From an uncultured Acidimicrobiia bacterium (GTDB taxonomy: Bacteria > Actinomycetota > Acidimicrobiia > Spongiisociales > UBA4744): DNA of 61,500 bases. Under the pieces are notes generated by a model. The model searched no databases. It was not told the DNA's origin and saw only the letters and a program-made list of their open reading frames with translations. Shown in pieces: positions 39,717-49,657 of this stretch (position 1 is its first letter; every line of letters starts with the position of its first letter). Location of the stretch: assembly GCA_964383535.1 (NCBI GenBank), contig CAYLHS010000003.1, forward strand, positions 1 to 61,500, read 5' to 3'. Made by a program: the position numbers and the translations under genes.

Positions 39717-40921
39717 TCGCCCTCCCCGAGACGGCGCTCGGCGAGCGTGCGAAGCCGTAGGCCCTGGAGTCGAATGAAACCGGCGGCGTCGGCCTGGTCG
39801 TAGACGTCGTCCTCCTCGAATGTCACGGTTGCCTGGTCATAGAGCGCGTGCCTTCCGTCGGACCGCCTCCCCTCGACGATCACCTGTCCCTTGTAGATTT
39901 TCAGACGCGCGTCGCCCGAGACCCTGTCCTGGACGTTGTCCATGAACGCCTGGAGCGCCTCCCGTTCCGGGGCGAACCAGAAGCCGTTGTAGACCATCTC
40001 TGCGTAGCGGGGCACGAGCTCGTCGCGCAGGTGGGCAACCTCCCGATCGAGCGTGATGGACTCGACCGCCTTGTGGGCGTGCTGGAGAATCGTTCCACCC
40101 GGCGTCTCATAGACACCCCGGCTCTTCATGCCGACGAAACGGTTTTCGACGATGTCCACCCTTCCCACCCCGTGCCTGCCCCCGAGTTCGTTCATCCTCA
40201 CGAGGATCTCGGTGGGCGCCATCTCGACTCCATCGACAGCGACAGGATCGCCGTTGCGATAGGTGATCGTCACCCACTCCGGCTCGTCCGGTGCGTCCTC
40301 GGGTGCCACCGTCATTCGGAACATGTTCTTCGGTGGTGCCTCCCACGGATCCTCGAGGACACCCCCTTCATAGGAGATGTGGAGCATGTTCGCGTCCATC
40401 GAGTACGGCTTCTCAGGGGTCACCGGTATCGGGATCCCCCGATCTCGTGCATAGGCAACCAGATCGCTCCTGCCCTTCATGTGCCACTCCCTCCAGGGAG
40501 CGATGACCCTGATATCCGGTTTGAGCGCGTAGGCGGAAAGCTCGAACCGCACCTGGTCATTGCCCTTGCCGGTAGCGCCGTGCGCGATGGCATCGGCCCC
40601 CACTTCCTCAGCGACCCGCACCATCCCCTTTGCGATCACAGGACGAGCGAGCGCCGTGCCAAGCAGGTAGTACCACTCGTAGATCGCGTTGGCCCTGAGC
40701 GCAGGGAACACATAGTCCGCAACGAAGGGAACCCGAAGGTCCTCCGCGATTGCCTCCACGGCTCCCGTCTTCAACGCCTTCACTCGCGCCTCTTCGACCT
40801 CCTCGCCCTGGCCTATGTCGGCCGTGTACGCGATCACCTCCGCGTCGTACTGCTCGATCAACCACTTCAGGATGATCGAGGTATCCAACCCTCCCGAGTA
40901 CGCCAGCACCACTTTCATCAT
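39713..40921 (-). CDS. argG: Argininosuccinate synthase
   Basis: [33 protein letters not shown]. Confidence 0.96.
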
Positions 40922-41364
40922 CCGGCTCCGATCCGTTCGAGCAGCTTCGCCAACCGATCTCCCCCCGCTCCGTCCGCCACCACCAGCACGGTGTCGTCGC
41001 CCGCAACGGTTCCCAGCACGAGGTCGAGCGATGCCCGGTCGATCGCTCCGGCAACCACCTGGGCGGCCCCCGGGGGCGTCTTGATCACCACGAGGTTCCC
41101 ACTCGGCCTGATCTCGCCGGCGAATTCGGCAAGCGTTCGTGCCAGATCCACGTCCTCTCCCGAGTCCATTCCGAGCCTGTAGTAAGAGACGCCATCCATG
41201 CCGCGCACCTTGCTCGCGCCAAGCGCCTTCAGATCGCGAGACACGGTCGCCTGGGTCACCTCGAACCCTTCTCCCACGAGCACACTCACCAGCTCCGTCT
41301 GACTGGACATCATCCCGGAGCTCAGGATTTTCCGGATCGCCCTTCGTCTGGCCGCAGTGTTCAT
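40918..41364 (-). CDS. argR: Arginine repressor
   Basis: [35 protein letters not shown]. Confidence 0.95.
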   Translation of the reverse strand: MNTAARRRAIRKILSSGMMSSQTELVSVLVGEGFEVTQATVSRDLKALGASKVRGMDGVSYYRLGMDSGEDVDLARTLAEFAGEIRPSGNLVVIKTPPGAAQVVAGAIDRASLDLVLGTVAGDDTVLVVADGAGGDRLAKLLERIGAG

Positions 41365-41373
41365 GTCGGCAAG

Positions 41374-41402
41374 ATCATACGCATGACTGCATAGTCATGC
41401 AA
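41374..41402 (-). promoter_or_regulatory. ARG-box promoter of argRGH
   Basis: Minus strand TTGCAT-17-TATGAT; contains TTGCATGACTATGCAG. Confidence 0.75.
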
Positions 41403-41517
41403 GATCGATGGACCAATACCCTCCAACACTCCCCCACGCCACACACACAAATGGACCGATCACCCCGTTGTCAGATCGTCGACCTGTGTACGCTCAGAAC
41501 CCTCTGGAAGGGAGACG

Positions 41518-43461
41518 ATGGCTGAACCAACCATCGCGCCATACGGGAGCTGGACCTCACCGTTCTCCGCGGACATGGCAGCGGCAGGCTCGGTACGGCT
41601 CGAGGCGCCGAGGATCGTCGGTGATCGTATCTACTGGCTGGAAGCGCGCCCGGAAGAGGACGGACGAGTCGTCCTCGTCCTCTACGAAGATGGCGCCACT
41701 CGCGACGTGACGCCGCAGCAGTTCTCCGTGCGGTCCAGCGTCCACGAATACGGCGGTGGCAGCTACCTGGTCTCGGGTGACACGGTCTACTTCTCGAACT
41801 GGAGCGACCAGCGGCTGTACCGCCAGGACCTCTACGGTGACCCGGCTCCCATCACTCCCGAACCTCCGGCTCCAAGCTCTTGGCGGTACGCCGACGGGAC
41901 ACTGTTCCAGGGAGGAATCGTGTGCGTCCGGGAGCGACACGAGGCAGAAGGCGTGGTCAACGAATTGGTGCTCATCGACGGCACCTCCGATCCCGTGATC
42001 CTCGTAGGCGGCCACGATTTCTTCTCTTCACCCCGCATGAGCCCTGACGGGACATCCCTCATCTGGCTGACATGGGACCATCCGAACATGCCGTGGGACG
42101 GATGTGAGCTGTGGAGCGCCGAGTACCGGGGCAGGGGCGAACTCGGACCCCGGCGCAGAATCGCAGGCAACCCCAACGAATCGATCGTCCAGCCAGAGTG
42201 GGGTCCCGGCGGATCCCTGTACTGGTTCTCCGATCGTTCCGGCTACTGGAACCTCTACAGAGACAACCGGCCTATCGCGCCGATGGATGCGGACTGTGCC
42301 GGGCCGGCATGGAGGTTCGGCGGCACCTACTTCGGTCCGCTCTCCAACGGTCGAGTACTCCTCACGGTGACAAGCGAGGGGTTCGATCGGCTCATGGTCG
42401 TCGACTCCGACGGGGATCAGTCTGCCGTGCCGACTCCTGCGGGGACCCACAGAGGCAACCTCGTCACCGACGGAGACAACACCGCGGTCATGATCTCGGG
42501 CTCCGGCTCGACGCGAGCTGCGGTGCTGAAGATCGATATCCCTACAGGCATCATCGAGACCCTTCGGAGTGCCGGCAGCTTCGACTCCGCATACGTTTCC
42601 CAGGCGCAACCCATCACGTTCGCGTCGGATGACGGGCCGACGCACGCGTTCTTCTACCCACCGCACAATCCCGACTTCGAAGGTCCCACCGGCGAGCTGC
42701 CCCCGCTCGTCGTCTTCAGCCACGGGGGCCCTACGAGCGCGTCACGGCCGGACCTCAACCCTGAAATACAGTTCTTCACGAGTCGCGGCCTGGCCGTTGT
42801 CGACGTGAACTACGGCGGAAGCACAGGGTACGGCCGCCGGTATCGGCAGAGGCTGCGAGAAACGTGGGGCATCGTGGATGCTCGAGACTGCATCGCTGCC
42901 GCCAAATACCTCGCCTCCCGCAAGCTCGTCGATGGACAACGCATGGCGATCCGAGGTGGCAGCGCCGGTGGATTCACGACCCTCACGGCCCTCATGTTCC
43001 ATGATGTCTTCCAGGTGGGCGCCTCGTACTACGGCGTAGCGGATCTCGAGGCGATGGTGAGAGACACGCACAAGTTCGAGTCGCGCTACTTCGACTCCCT
43101 CATCGGACCGTATCCTGAAATGGCGGGGCTCTACCACCGCCGATCCCCCATCAACTTCGCCGACCGGCTGTCACGTCCGATCATTCTCTTTCAAGGTCTG
43201 GACGATCGGGTCGTGCCACCCAGCCAGACCCTCGCACTCGTCCAGGCACTCAAGGATCACGGAATCCCGTACGTGTATGTGCCGTTCATGGGTGAGCAGC
43301 ATGGTTTCAGACAGGCGAAGAACATCTCCTCGGCGTTGACCCAGGAACTCTCCTTCTATGGCCAGGCACTCGGTTTCATTCCAAAGGACGTTCCGCTCCT
43401 CCTCCGCCAAAACGTCACGACGCTCGACCCCAAGCGGCGAGGGCCGAGATCACATTCGTGA
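41518..43461 (+). CDS. S9 prolyl oligopeptidase / acylaminoacyl peptidase family
   Basis: APYGSWTSP, HGGPTS, NYGGSTGYGR, GGSAGG (Ser), FQGLDDRVVPP (Asp), GEQHGFR (His). Confidence 0.92.
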   Translation: MAEPTIAPYGSWTSPFSADMAAAGSVRLEAPRIVGDRIYWLEARPEEDGRVVLVLYEDGATRDVTPQQFSVRSSVHEYGGGSYLVSGDTVYFSNWSDQRLYRQDLYGDPAPITPEPPAPSSWRYADGTLFQGGIVCVRERHEAEGVVNELVLIDGTSDPVILVGGHDFFSSPRMSPDGTSLIWLTWDHPNMPWDGCELWSAEYRGRGELGPRRRIAGNPNESIVQPEWGPGGSLYWFSDRSGYWNLYRDNRPIAPMDADCAGPAWRFGGTYFGPLSNGRVLLTVTSEGFDRLMVVDSDGDQSAVPTPAGTHRGNLVTDGDNTAVMISGSGSTRAAVLKIDIPTGIIETLRSAGSFDSAYVSQAQPITFASDDGPTHAFFYPPHNPDFEGPTGELPPLVVFSHGGPTSASRPDLNPEIQFFTSRGLAVVDVNYGGSTGYGRRYRQRLRETWGIVDARDCIAAAKYLASRKLVDGQRMAIRGGSAGGFTTLTALMFHDVFQVGASYYGVADLEAMVRDTHKFESRYFDSLIGPYPEMAGLYHRRSPINFADRLSRPIILFQGLDDRVVPPSQTLALVQALKDHGIPYVYVPFMGEQHGFRQAKNISSALTQELSFYGQALGFIPKDVPLLLRQNVTTLDPKRRGPRSHS

Positions 43462-43624
43462 GCCGATGCTCTGTTCGGCGATGTCGGTGATGACCTAGGT
43501 GAGTCTCTGCCGATAGCAGGAACGCAGACGCACCCACGCACCCCTGGCGCTTCGAGGACGAGGACCGATCAGCGGCGGGTTCTCGCCGTTCTCATAGGGG
43601 TGCCGGCCGTGGCACCGGCGACCC

Positions 43625-43831
43625 TCATCCCTCCATCCGCTGGATGATGCGAGTGACCGTATCTCTGTCGCTCGAGTGAACGAGGAGACGGTGGTGCTGG
43701 ACGACTCCCCACCACGGGAAACTGCCATCGTCATCACCTGCGAGGAGCTCCACCTCGACCCCCTCTGCCCTGCACGCCTCTGCCAGCAGCAACGCACGGA
43801 ATCGATCCGGTCCAGCGTCGACGTACTCCAC
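43625..43831 (-). CDS. Small DUF2007-like (putative signal-transducing) protein
   Basis: ALLLAEACRAEGVEV...LLVHSSD pattern; TAGTGT -10 6 nt before the GTG. Confidence 0.6.
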   Translation of the reverse strand: MEYVDAGPDRFRALLLAEACRAEGVEVELLAGDDDGSFPWWGVVQHHRLLVHSSDRDTVTRIIQRMEG

Positions 43832-43856
43832 ATCCTGACACTACCTGCGGAGACGG

Positions 43857-45032
43857 CTACCGGGCCGTGTCGACAGCCATCCGGAATCGCTCGACGGCGA
43901 GGTCGACATGTCCGGCCGTAATCGTCAGAGGGGGTGTGAACCGAACGGCGTCGTGGAGTGCGTTCAGGATCAGCCCCTCCTCCAGCGCCGCATCAACGAC
44001 CGCGCCCGGCGCGTCGACGGCGGCGGCTGCAAGCAGTCCGCGTCCTCGGACTTCATGCACCCCGTCGATCCTCCTGAGGCCGGCCATGAGTTGCTCCGAC
44101 CTCTCCGACGTGTTCCTCAGCAGACTACGAGACTCGATCTCATCCAATACGGCCAGCGCAGCACCACACACCACGGGTCCTCCGCCGAATGTCGTTGCGT
44201 GGTCGCCACGCTCGAACGCGTCGGCGACGTCTTCTCGAGCCATGCACGCACCGATCGGCAGGCCGTTGGCGAGACCTTTGGCGACCGTGGCAATGTCCGG
44301 CTCGAACCCCAGTGACTGCCACGAGAACCAGGTACCCGTCCGTCCCATCCCTGCCTGTACATCGTCGACGATGAGCAACACGTCCGACAGTTCGCATAGC
44401 TCGCGTACGTCACGGAGATAGCGCTCATCCAGGGGTCGCACCCCTCCCTCTCCCTGGGTTGTCTCGAGCATCACTGCGGCCGTTGCCGGGCCGATCTCGG
44501 ATCGCAACGCGCCGATATCGCCGGGAGGAACTTGCCGAAAGCCTGCAGGCAGTGGTTCAAAGACCGCCTGTTTGGCCGGCTGTCCGGTCGCGGCGAGCGT
44601 CGCGAGTGTTCTCCCGTGAAACGAACCCTCGAGTGAGATGACCTCGAATGCGCCGGGTCCTCTCCGCCGCTGTGACCATCGCCGCGCCAGCTTGATCGCG
44701 CACTCGTTCGCGGTTGCCCCGTCGTTGGCGAAGAACAACCGGTCGAGACCCGACAACCCGGAGAGCCGCTCGGCGAGTCGCACCTGAGGCTCCGTGTAGA
44801 AGAGGTTGGACACGTGCACCAGCTCACCCATCTGCGCGGCTACCGCATCCCGCACCCGAGGGTTCGCGTGCCCGACTCCGACGACGGCGATTCCCGACAG
44901 AAAGTCCAGGTATCGCCGACCTTCGTGATCGAATAGCCAGACGTCCTCGCCGCGAACGAACTCGACCGGATGCCTCTGGTACGTCTGCATGATGACGTGG
45001 TGCTCGCGATCGGCGATGGTCTCAGACATCAT
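43857..45032 (-). CDS. argD: Acetylornithine aminotransferase
   Basis: YLDFLSGIAV, GSFHGRT, ETTQGEGG, DDVQAGMGRTG, AKGLANG. Confidence 0.93.
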   Translation of the reverse strand: MMSETIADREHHVIMQTYQRHPVEFVRGEDVWLFDHEGRRYLDFLSGIAVVGVGHANPRVRDAVAAQMGELVHVSNLFYTEPQVRLAERLSGLSGLDRLFFANDGATANECAIKLARRWSQRRRGPGAFEVISLEGSFHGRTLATLAATGQPAKQAVFEPLPAGFRQVPPGDIGALRSEIGPATAAVMLETTQGEGGVRPLDERYLRDVRELCELSDVLLIVDDVQAGMGRTGTWFSWQSLGFEPDIATVAKGLANGLPIGACMAREDVADAFERGDHATTFGGGPVVCGAALAVLDEIESRSLLRNTSERSEQLMAGLRRIDGVHEVRGRGLLAAAAVDAPGAVVDAALEEGLILNALHDAVRFTPPLTITAGHVDLAVERFRMAVDTAR

Positions 45033-45930
45033 CGAACCGGTGGATCATCGTGCCGATGCCTTCCGGCGTGAAGATCTCCAGCAGGATGGCATGCTGAATT
45101 CTCCCATCGAGAATGTGTGCGCGGTGGACGCCTGCCTCCATCGCCGCAATGCACGATGCCAGCTTTGGAAGCATCCCTCCTTGCACCTTCCCCGATCCGA
45201 GCAGCTCTCTGAGCTCACGCAGGGTCAAGCGCTCCAGCAGCCCCGACTGGCCTTCATGATCGTCGTACACCCCCTCGACGTCGGTCAGGTAGACGAGCTT
45301 CTCCGCCCGAAGTGCAGCGGCGATGGCGCCGGCTGCCGTGTCCGCATTGATGTTGTACACCTTGCCGTCGTGGGAGCCTCGACCGATTGGCGCGATGACG
45401 GGCACGAACCCCACGTCCAGGATGCGATCGATGACACCCGTATCGACCTCCTCGATCTCTCCCACGAACCCGAGCCGTTCATCCTTCTGTCGCACCGACA
45501 AGAGCCCCCCGTCTATCCCCGTCACCCCGACCGCGTTCGCGTCGTGCCCGATGAGCAGACGCACGATGTCAGGGTTCACCACTCCCGCAAGCACCGACTG
45601 CACGACCTCGGCGACGGACTCGTCGGTGACCCGGAGCCCGTCGACCCACGTCGACTCGATCCCCATCTTGCGGAGCGTCGACGTGATCTTCGGCCCTCCC
45701 CCATGGACGACCACTGGACGGATTCCCACCAGCGAGAGGAGCGTGACGTCTCCGGCAAAGCTGGACCTGAGATGCTCGTCGCTCATGGCCGAACCGCCAT
45801 ACTTGATGACCACGGTCTTTCCTCGATACTCCTGGAGATAGGGCATCGCCTCCATCAGGATCCTGGCCTTCGCCATCGTGACGGCGATCTTCGGCCGTAC
45901 GGGATCGGGTGCAACGTGTCCGGTAGCCAT
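45022..45930 (-). CDS. argB: Acetylglutamate kinase
   Basis: VIKYGGSAM, VHGGGP, GLRVTD, NINADTAA, LTDVEG, GGMLPKL. Confidence 0.95.
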   Translation of the reverse strand: MATGHVAPDPVRPKIAVTMAKARILMEAMPYLQEYRGKTVVIKYGGSAMSDEHLRSSFAGDVTLLSLVGIRPVVVHGGGPKITSTLRKMGIESTWVDGLRVTDESVAEVVQSVLAGVVNPDIVRLLIGHDANAVGVTGIDGGLLSVRQKDERLGFVGEIEEVDTGVIDRILDVGFVPVIAPIGRGSHDGKVYNINADTAAGAIAAALRAEKLVYLTDVEGVYDDHEGQSGLLERLTLRELRELLGSGKVQGGMLPKLASCIAAMEAGVHRAHILDGRIQHAILLEIFTPEGIGTMIHRFDDV

Positions 45931-47069
45931 CAGGACGGCGCCCCGTTGAACAAGACGTACTCCGGAGTGAGGTCGGTGGTGACGATCCGCGCGGCTCCAG
46001 ACCCTCGGCCGATGGAGACCTCCACCTCGAAGTCGCCCACGATCGGGTCGAGCCGGCCGACTCCGACACCTCCGGAGGCCATCTGCGTGCCGTCGTACCG
46101 TATCTGCACCTCGTTGGGGTCGAAGACCACACCGGATGCACCGAGCGCGGCGATGATCCTTCCCCAATTCGGGTCGCCGCCATAGAACGACGATCGGACG
46201 AGTGCACTATCGGCGATCGCCTTGCCCGCCACTCGAGCGGTCGCGTTGTCGGCGGCGCCGGCGGCAACCCCAGGGACCACCCCCGCCCCCCCCGCCCCGG
46301 CCGGGGCCATCCGGAGCGCCAAATCGATGCACACCTCTGTGAGGAGCCGCTCGAAGGAGTCGCCGGACGGACGGATGCCGGACGCGCCCGAGGCAAGCGC
46401 CACAACGGTGTCGTTGGTGGACATGCATCCGTCCACATTCAACGAGTTGAACGACACATCGACAGCGTGCTGCAGCACGTCGGCCAGGACGTCGGGCTCG
46501 ACCACTGCGTCGGTCGTGATGACCGAGAGCATGGTGGCCATATCAGGCCTGAGCATTCCCGCACCCTTGGCCATGCCGCCGACGATGAACCCGTCAACGG
46601 CGAGATGCGCCTGCTTGGGCACCGTGTCGGTGGTCATGATTGCCATGGCCGCCGCATCACCTCCTTGGTCCGTGGTCGACGCGACCAACCTGTCGAGAGA
46701 CGCCAGGATGGTCTCGACGGGCAATCTGGTGCCGATTGGCCCCGTCGAGCACGGCAGGACATCGTCCGGTTCACATCCGAGCCGAGCCGCCAGCTTCTCG
46801 GTGATCGCTCTCGTTGCAGCGATTCCTTCGTCGCCCGTGGCGGCATTGGCGCATCCCGAGTTCAAGAGAACGGCGCGCAGCATGCCCCGTCTGGCCCGCT
46901 GGCGAGCGACGATGACCGGCGCCGCAGGAGCCCGCGATGTCGTGAAGACGGCTGCAGATACGACCGAAGCCCCGGCGTCGACCAGCGCGAGATCGAGTGC
47001 CCCTCCATCTTTGATGCCCGAAGCGACGCCACCGGCGACGAACCCTCGGGCAGCAGTCACTCCTCTCAT
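45930..47069 (-). CDS. argJ: Ornithine acetyltransferase (bifunctional ArgJ type) with an anomalous G-rich segment
   Basis: NSGCANAATG, STGPIG, AIMTTDT, KGAGMLRPDMATML, DGCMSTND, GDPNWGRI. Confidence 0.92.
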   Translation of the reverse strand: MRGVTAARGFVAGGVASGIKDGGALDLALVDAGASVVSAAVFTTSRAPAAPVIVARQRARRGMLRAVLLNSGCANAATGDEGIAATRAITEKLAARLGCEPDDVLPCSTGPIGTRLPVETILASLDRLVASTTDQGGDAAAMAIMTTDTVPKQAHLAVDGFIVGGMAKGAGMLRPDMATMLSVITTDAVVEPDVLADVLQHAVDVSFNSLNVDGCMSTNDTVVALASGASGIRPSGDSFERLLTEVCIDLALRMAPAGAGGAGVVPGVAAGAADNATARVAGKAIADSALVRSSFYGGDPNWGRIIAALGASGVVFDPNEVQIRYDGTQMASGGVGVGRLDPIVGDFEVEVSIGRGSGAARIVTTDLTPEYVLFNGAPS

Positions 47070-48091
47070 GGCATCAACCCTGCGGCAGACAGGCCCACGG
47101 TCTCCGGCAGTCCGAGCATCAGGTTCGCCGCCTGAATGGCCTGGCCGGCGGCCCCCTTGAGCAGGTTGTCGATCGCACAGATGATGATCGCGTTCCCGGA
47201 GGGCTGGTCGACGAACGCCGTCACGATGGCCCTGTTGGATCCAACGACCCAGCGCGTCTGCGGTGACTCACCGACGACGTCCACGAACGGGGCCCCCGCG
47301 TACGCGTCGGCCAAAATGTCGAGTAGCTCCGCACGCGACGCCGAACGCAGCAGCGGAACGGTCGTTGTCGCCAGCATGCCCCGAAGCATCGGTACGAGGT
47401 GCGGGGTGAACACGACCGTTGCGTCGACGCCGGTCGCCCTCTCGATGCCCATCTCCATCTCCGGCCGGTGTCGGTGCGACGCGACCCCGTAGGCTCGAAC
47501 ACCCTCGGCGACCGAGCCAAAGAGAAGATCCGCCTTCAGTGACCTGCCGGCTCCTGAAAGCCCGGACATCGCGTCGACCACGATTCGTCCAGCGTCGACG
47601 AACCCCGCCCTCACGAGAGGTACCAGACCCAGCAACGCGGCCGTGGGATAGCAGCCAGGCGAGGCAACGAGGCGAGCGTTCGCCACCTCGAAGAGCTCCG
47701 GGAGGCCGTACGCCCATTGGGAGAGCGCCTCCGGGGCCGGATGGATCACCCCATACGCATCGAGATATCGGTCGGGTGTGTCCAACCGGAAATCGCTCCC
47801 GAGATCGATGACCCGAACTCCTCTGTCGGCAAAGGCGATCCCTGGCTCAGTAGACGCACCGTGCGGGAGTGCCATCAGAACCAGATCGACATCGGGAACC
47901 GATGGCGGATCGATCCCACCGAGCACGCGATCGCCTCGTGTGAGTTGGGGGTGCACCTCGTCCAGGCGGCTCCCCGCCGCCGAGTGTGCCCCGAGATACA
48001 CCGCATCGAATGAAGGGTGAGCATCGATCAGTCGAACGAGCTCACCACCCGCGTAGCCAGACGCGCCCAGGATCGCAACAGACACAGCCAT
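47066..48091 (-). CDS. argC: N-acetyl-gamma-glutamyl-phosphate reductase
   Basis: ILGASGYAGGEL, ALPHG, SPGCYPT, SGLSGAGR, HRHRPEM, IDNLLKGAAGQA. Confidence 0.95.
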   Translation of the reverse strand: MAVSVAILGASGYAGGELVRLIDAHPSFDAVYLGAHSAAGSRLDEVHPQLTRGDRVLGGIDPPSVPDVDLVLMALPHGASTEPGIAFADRGVRVIDLGSDFRLDTPDRYLDAYGVIHPAPEALSQWAYGLPELFEVANARLVASPGCYPTAALLGLVPLVRAGFVDAGRIVVDAMSGLSGAGRSLKADLLFGSVAEGVRAYGVASHRHRPEMEMGIERATGVDATVVFTPHLVPMLRGMLATTTVPLLRSASRAELLDILADAYAGAPFVDVVGESPQTRWVVGSNRAIVTAFVDQPSGNAIIICAIDNLLKGAAGQAIQAANLMLGLPETVGLSAAGLMP

Positions 48092-48100
48092 GAACACGTG

Positions 48101-48129
48101 ACTATACGCATGGTTGCATGACTATGCAA
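48101..48129 (-). promoter_or_regulatory. ARG-box promoter of argCJBD
   Basis: Minus strand TTGCAT-17-TATAGT; palindrome TTGCAT-GACT-ATGCAA at 48114-48129. Confidence 0.78.
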
Positions 48130-48213
48130 AGCTGACGCTCGTGGTGTCCCCGACTGCCGGGAACGGGGTACGACCGGCGCAGCCCGGGTTCCGAAGTACG
48201 GACCGAGCTTCAC

Positions 48214-49596
48214 TCAGTCCTCTCTCCTCTCCCACCACTGTCGGAGCAGCTCATATGCCTCTTCCTCGGTGTAGGGACCGTGGTCGATGCGATGCTCGGT
48301 CAGCATCCTCATCGCCTCGCCGACGACAGGACCTGGCTGGACTCCCAGGAACGCCATGACGCCGTTTCCGTCGATCGGCGGCCTGAGCGCATCGATGGCT
48401 TCCTTTGCGCGTAGCTCGGCGATTCGCACTTCGAGTTCGTCGATTCTCTGTTGGATGGCCCGTGCTCTCGCCTCGTTCCTCGTCGTGACGTCACATCGCA
48501 CCAGTTGATTCAGGTCGTCGAGCAGCGGCCCGGCGTCCCTGACGTACCGCCGGACGGCGGAATCGGTCCATCCCATCTTGAACGTATGTGGCCGCAGGTG
48601 GAGAAAGACCAGGCGGGACACGCTCTCGATCTCGCTCTTCGGGAAGCGCAGAACACGGAGACGTTCTCGCGCCAATCGGGCGCCGACCACCTCGTGGTGA
48701 TGGAACGACACACCACCGTCGGCGAACTGCCTCGTCTCCGGCTTGCCGATGTCGTGCAGAAGTGCGGCGAGGCGCAGCCGAAGGTTCGGTTCGCACTTGT
48801 CGACCACCGCGAGTGTGTGCGCAAGGACATCCTTGTGTCGCTGCAGCGGGTCTCTCGCGTCTTCGAGTGCAGCCACCTCCGGAAGGAACTCGGCCGCCAG
48901 CCCGCTGTCAACCATCGCTGCCAACGCCTCTCCGGGCGCCGGAGCGACGAGGAGTCGTGACAGCTCGTCGCGGATTCGCTCTGCTGAAACCACGCGCAGC
49001 CGGTCGTGCATGACCCCCACGGCGTGGAGTGCCTCGGTTGACGCGTCGAATTCGAGTGTCGCCATGAACCGGAAGAGTCGCAGCATCCTCAGTGGGTCGT
49101 CGGAGAAGGAGATCTCTGCACCGATCGGTGTCCGGAGGATCCGCTTGTGGAGATCTGCGAGGGCGCCATACGGATCGATCATTTGCGGCTCGGGCAGGAG
49201 CTCGAGTGCGGCAGAGTTCACCGTGAAATCCCGTCGCGAGAGGTCGGTAACCAAGTCGTCGGAGAACCGAACGGTCGGTTTGCGGCTCTCATCCCGGTAG
49301 ACCTCCTGACGGAATGTGGTGATCTCGTGCACGACACCGCCTTTCAGCACGCCGATCGTGCCGAACTGGGCGCCCACCGTGAATGTGTCGTCCGCCCATC
49401 CGTCCACGGTCTCGAGTATCTGCTCGGGCCGGGCCTCAGTGGTGAAGTCCAGATCGGCGTGCACCCGTCCGAGCAACAGATCGCGCACTGATCCCCCGAC
49501 GAGATAGAGGTGGAACCCGGCATCGAGAAACAGCCGAGATACCTGGAGTGGAGTGCGAGCAGGATCGAGAAGCCACCCGAGCCGTTCAGGAATCAT
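48214..49596 (-). CDS. pcnA: CCA tRNA nucleotidyltransferase with HD domain
   Basis: VGGSVRDLLL..HADLDFTT, DLSRRDFTVNS, FSDDPLRMLR, SAERIRDEL, LLHDIGKP. Confidence 0.93.
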   Translation of the reverse strand: MIPERLGWLLDPARTPLQVSRLFLDAGFHLYLVGGSVRDLLLGRVHADLDFTTEARPEQILETVDGWADDTFTVGAQFGTIGVLKGGVVHEITTFRQEVYRDESRKPTVRFSDDLVTDLSRRDFTVNSAALELLPEPQMIDPYGALADLHKRILRTPIGAEISFSDDPLRMLRLFRFMATLEFDASTEALHAVGVMHDRLRVVSAERIRDELSRLLVAPAPGEALAAMVDSGLAAEFLPEVAALEDARDPLQRHKDVLAHTLAVVDKCEPNLRLRLAALLHDIGKPETRQFADGGVSFHHHEVVGARLARERLRVLRFPKSEIESVSRLVFLHLRPHTFKMGWTDSAVRRYVRDAGPLLDDLNQLVRCDVTTRNEARARAIQQRIDELEVRIAELRAKEAIDALRPPIDGNGVMAFLGVQPGPVVGEAMRMLTEHRIDHGPYTEEEAYELLRQWWERRED

Positions 49597-49657
49597 CGGC
49601 GTCAGGATAGGCCGGGGACGCCTGGCGCCCGTCCCCGGCCAGTTGCCCCACTCCACC

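Noticed and set aside
43569-43628. Mini-ORF MRVAGATAGTPMRTARTRR with rare AGA/AGG codons as an arginine attenuator
   Set aside because: It lies downstream of argD and a separately promoted gene, faces a convergent gene rather than an arg operon, and overlaps repeat-like GGTTCTC units; likely chance
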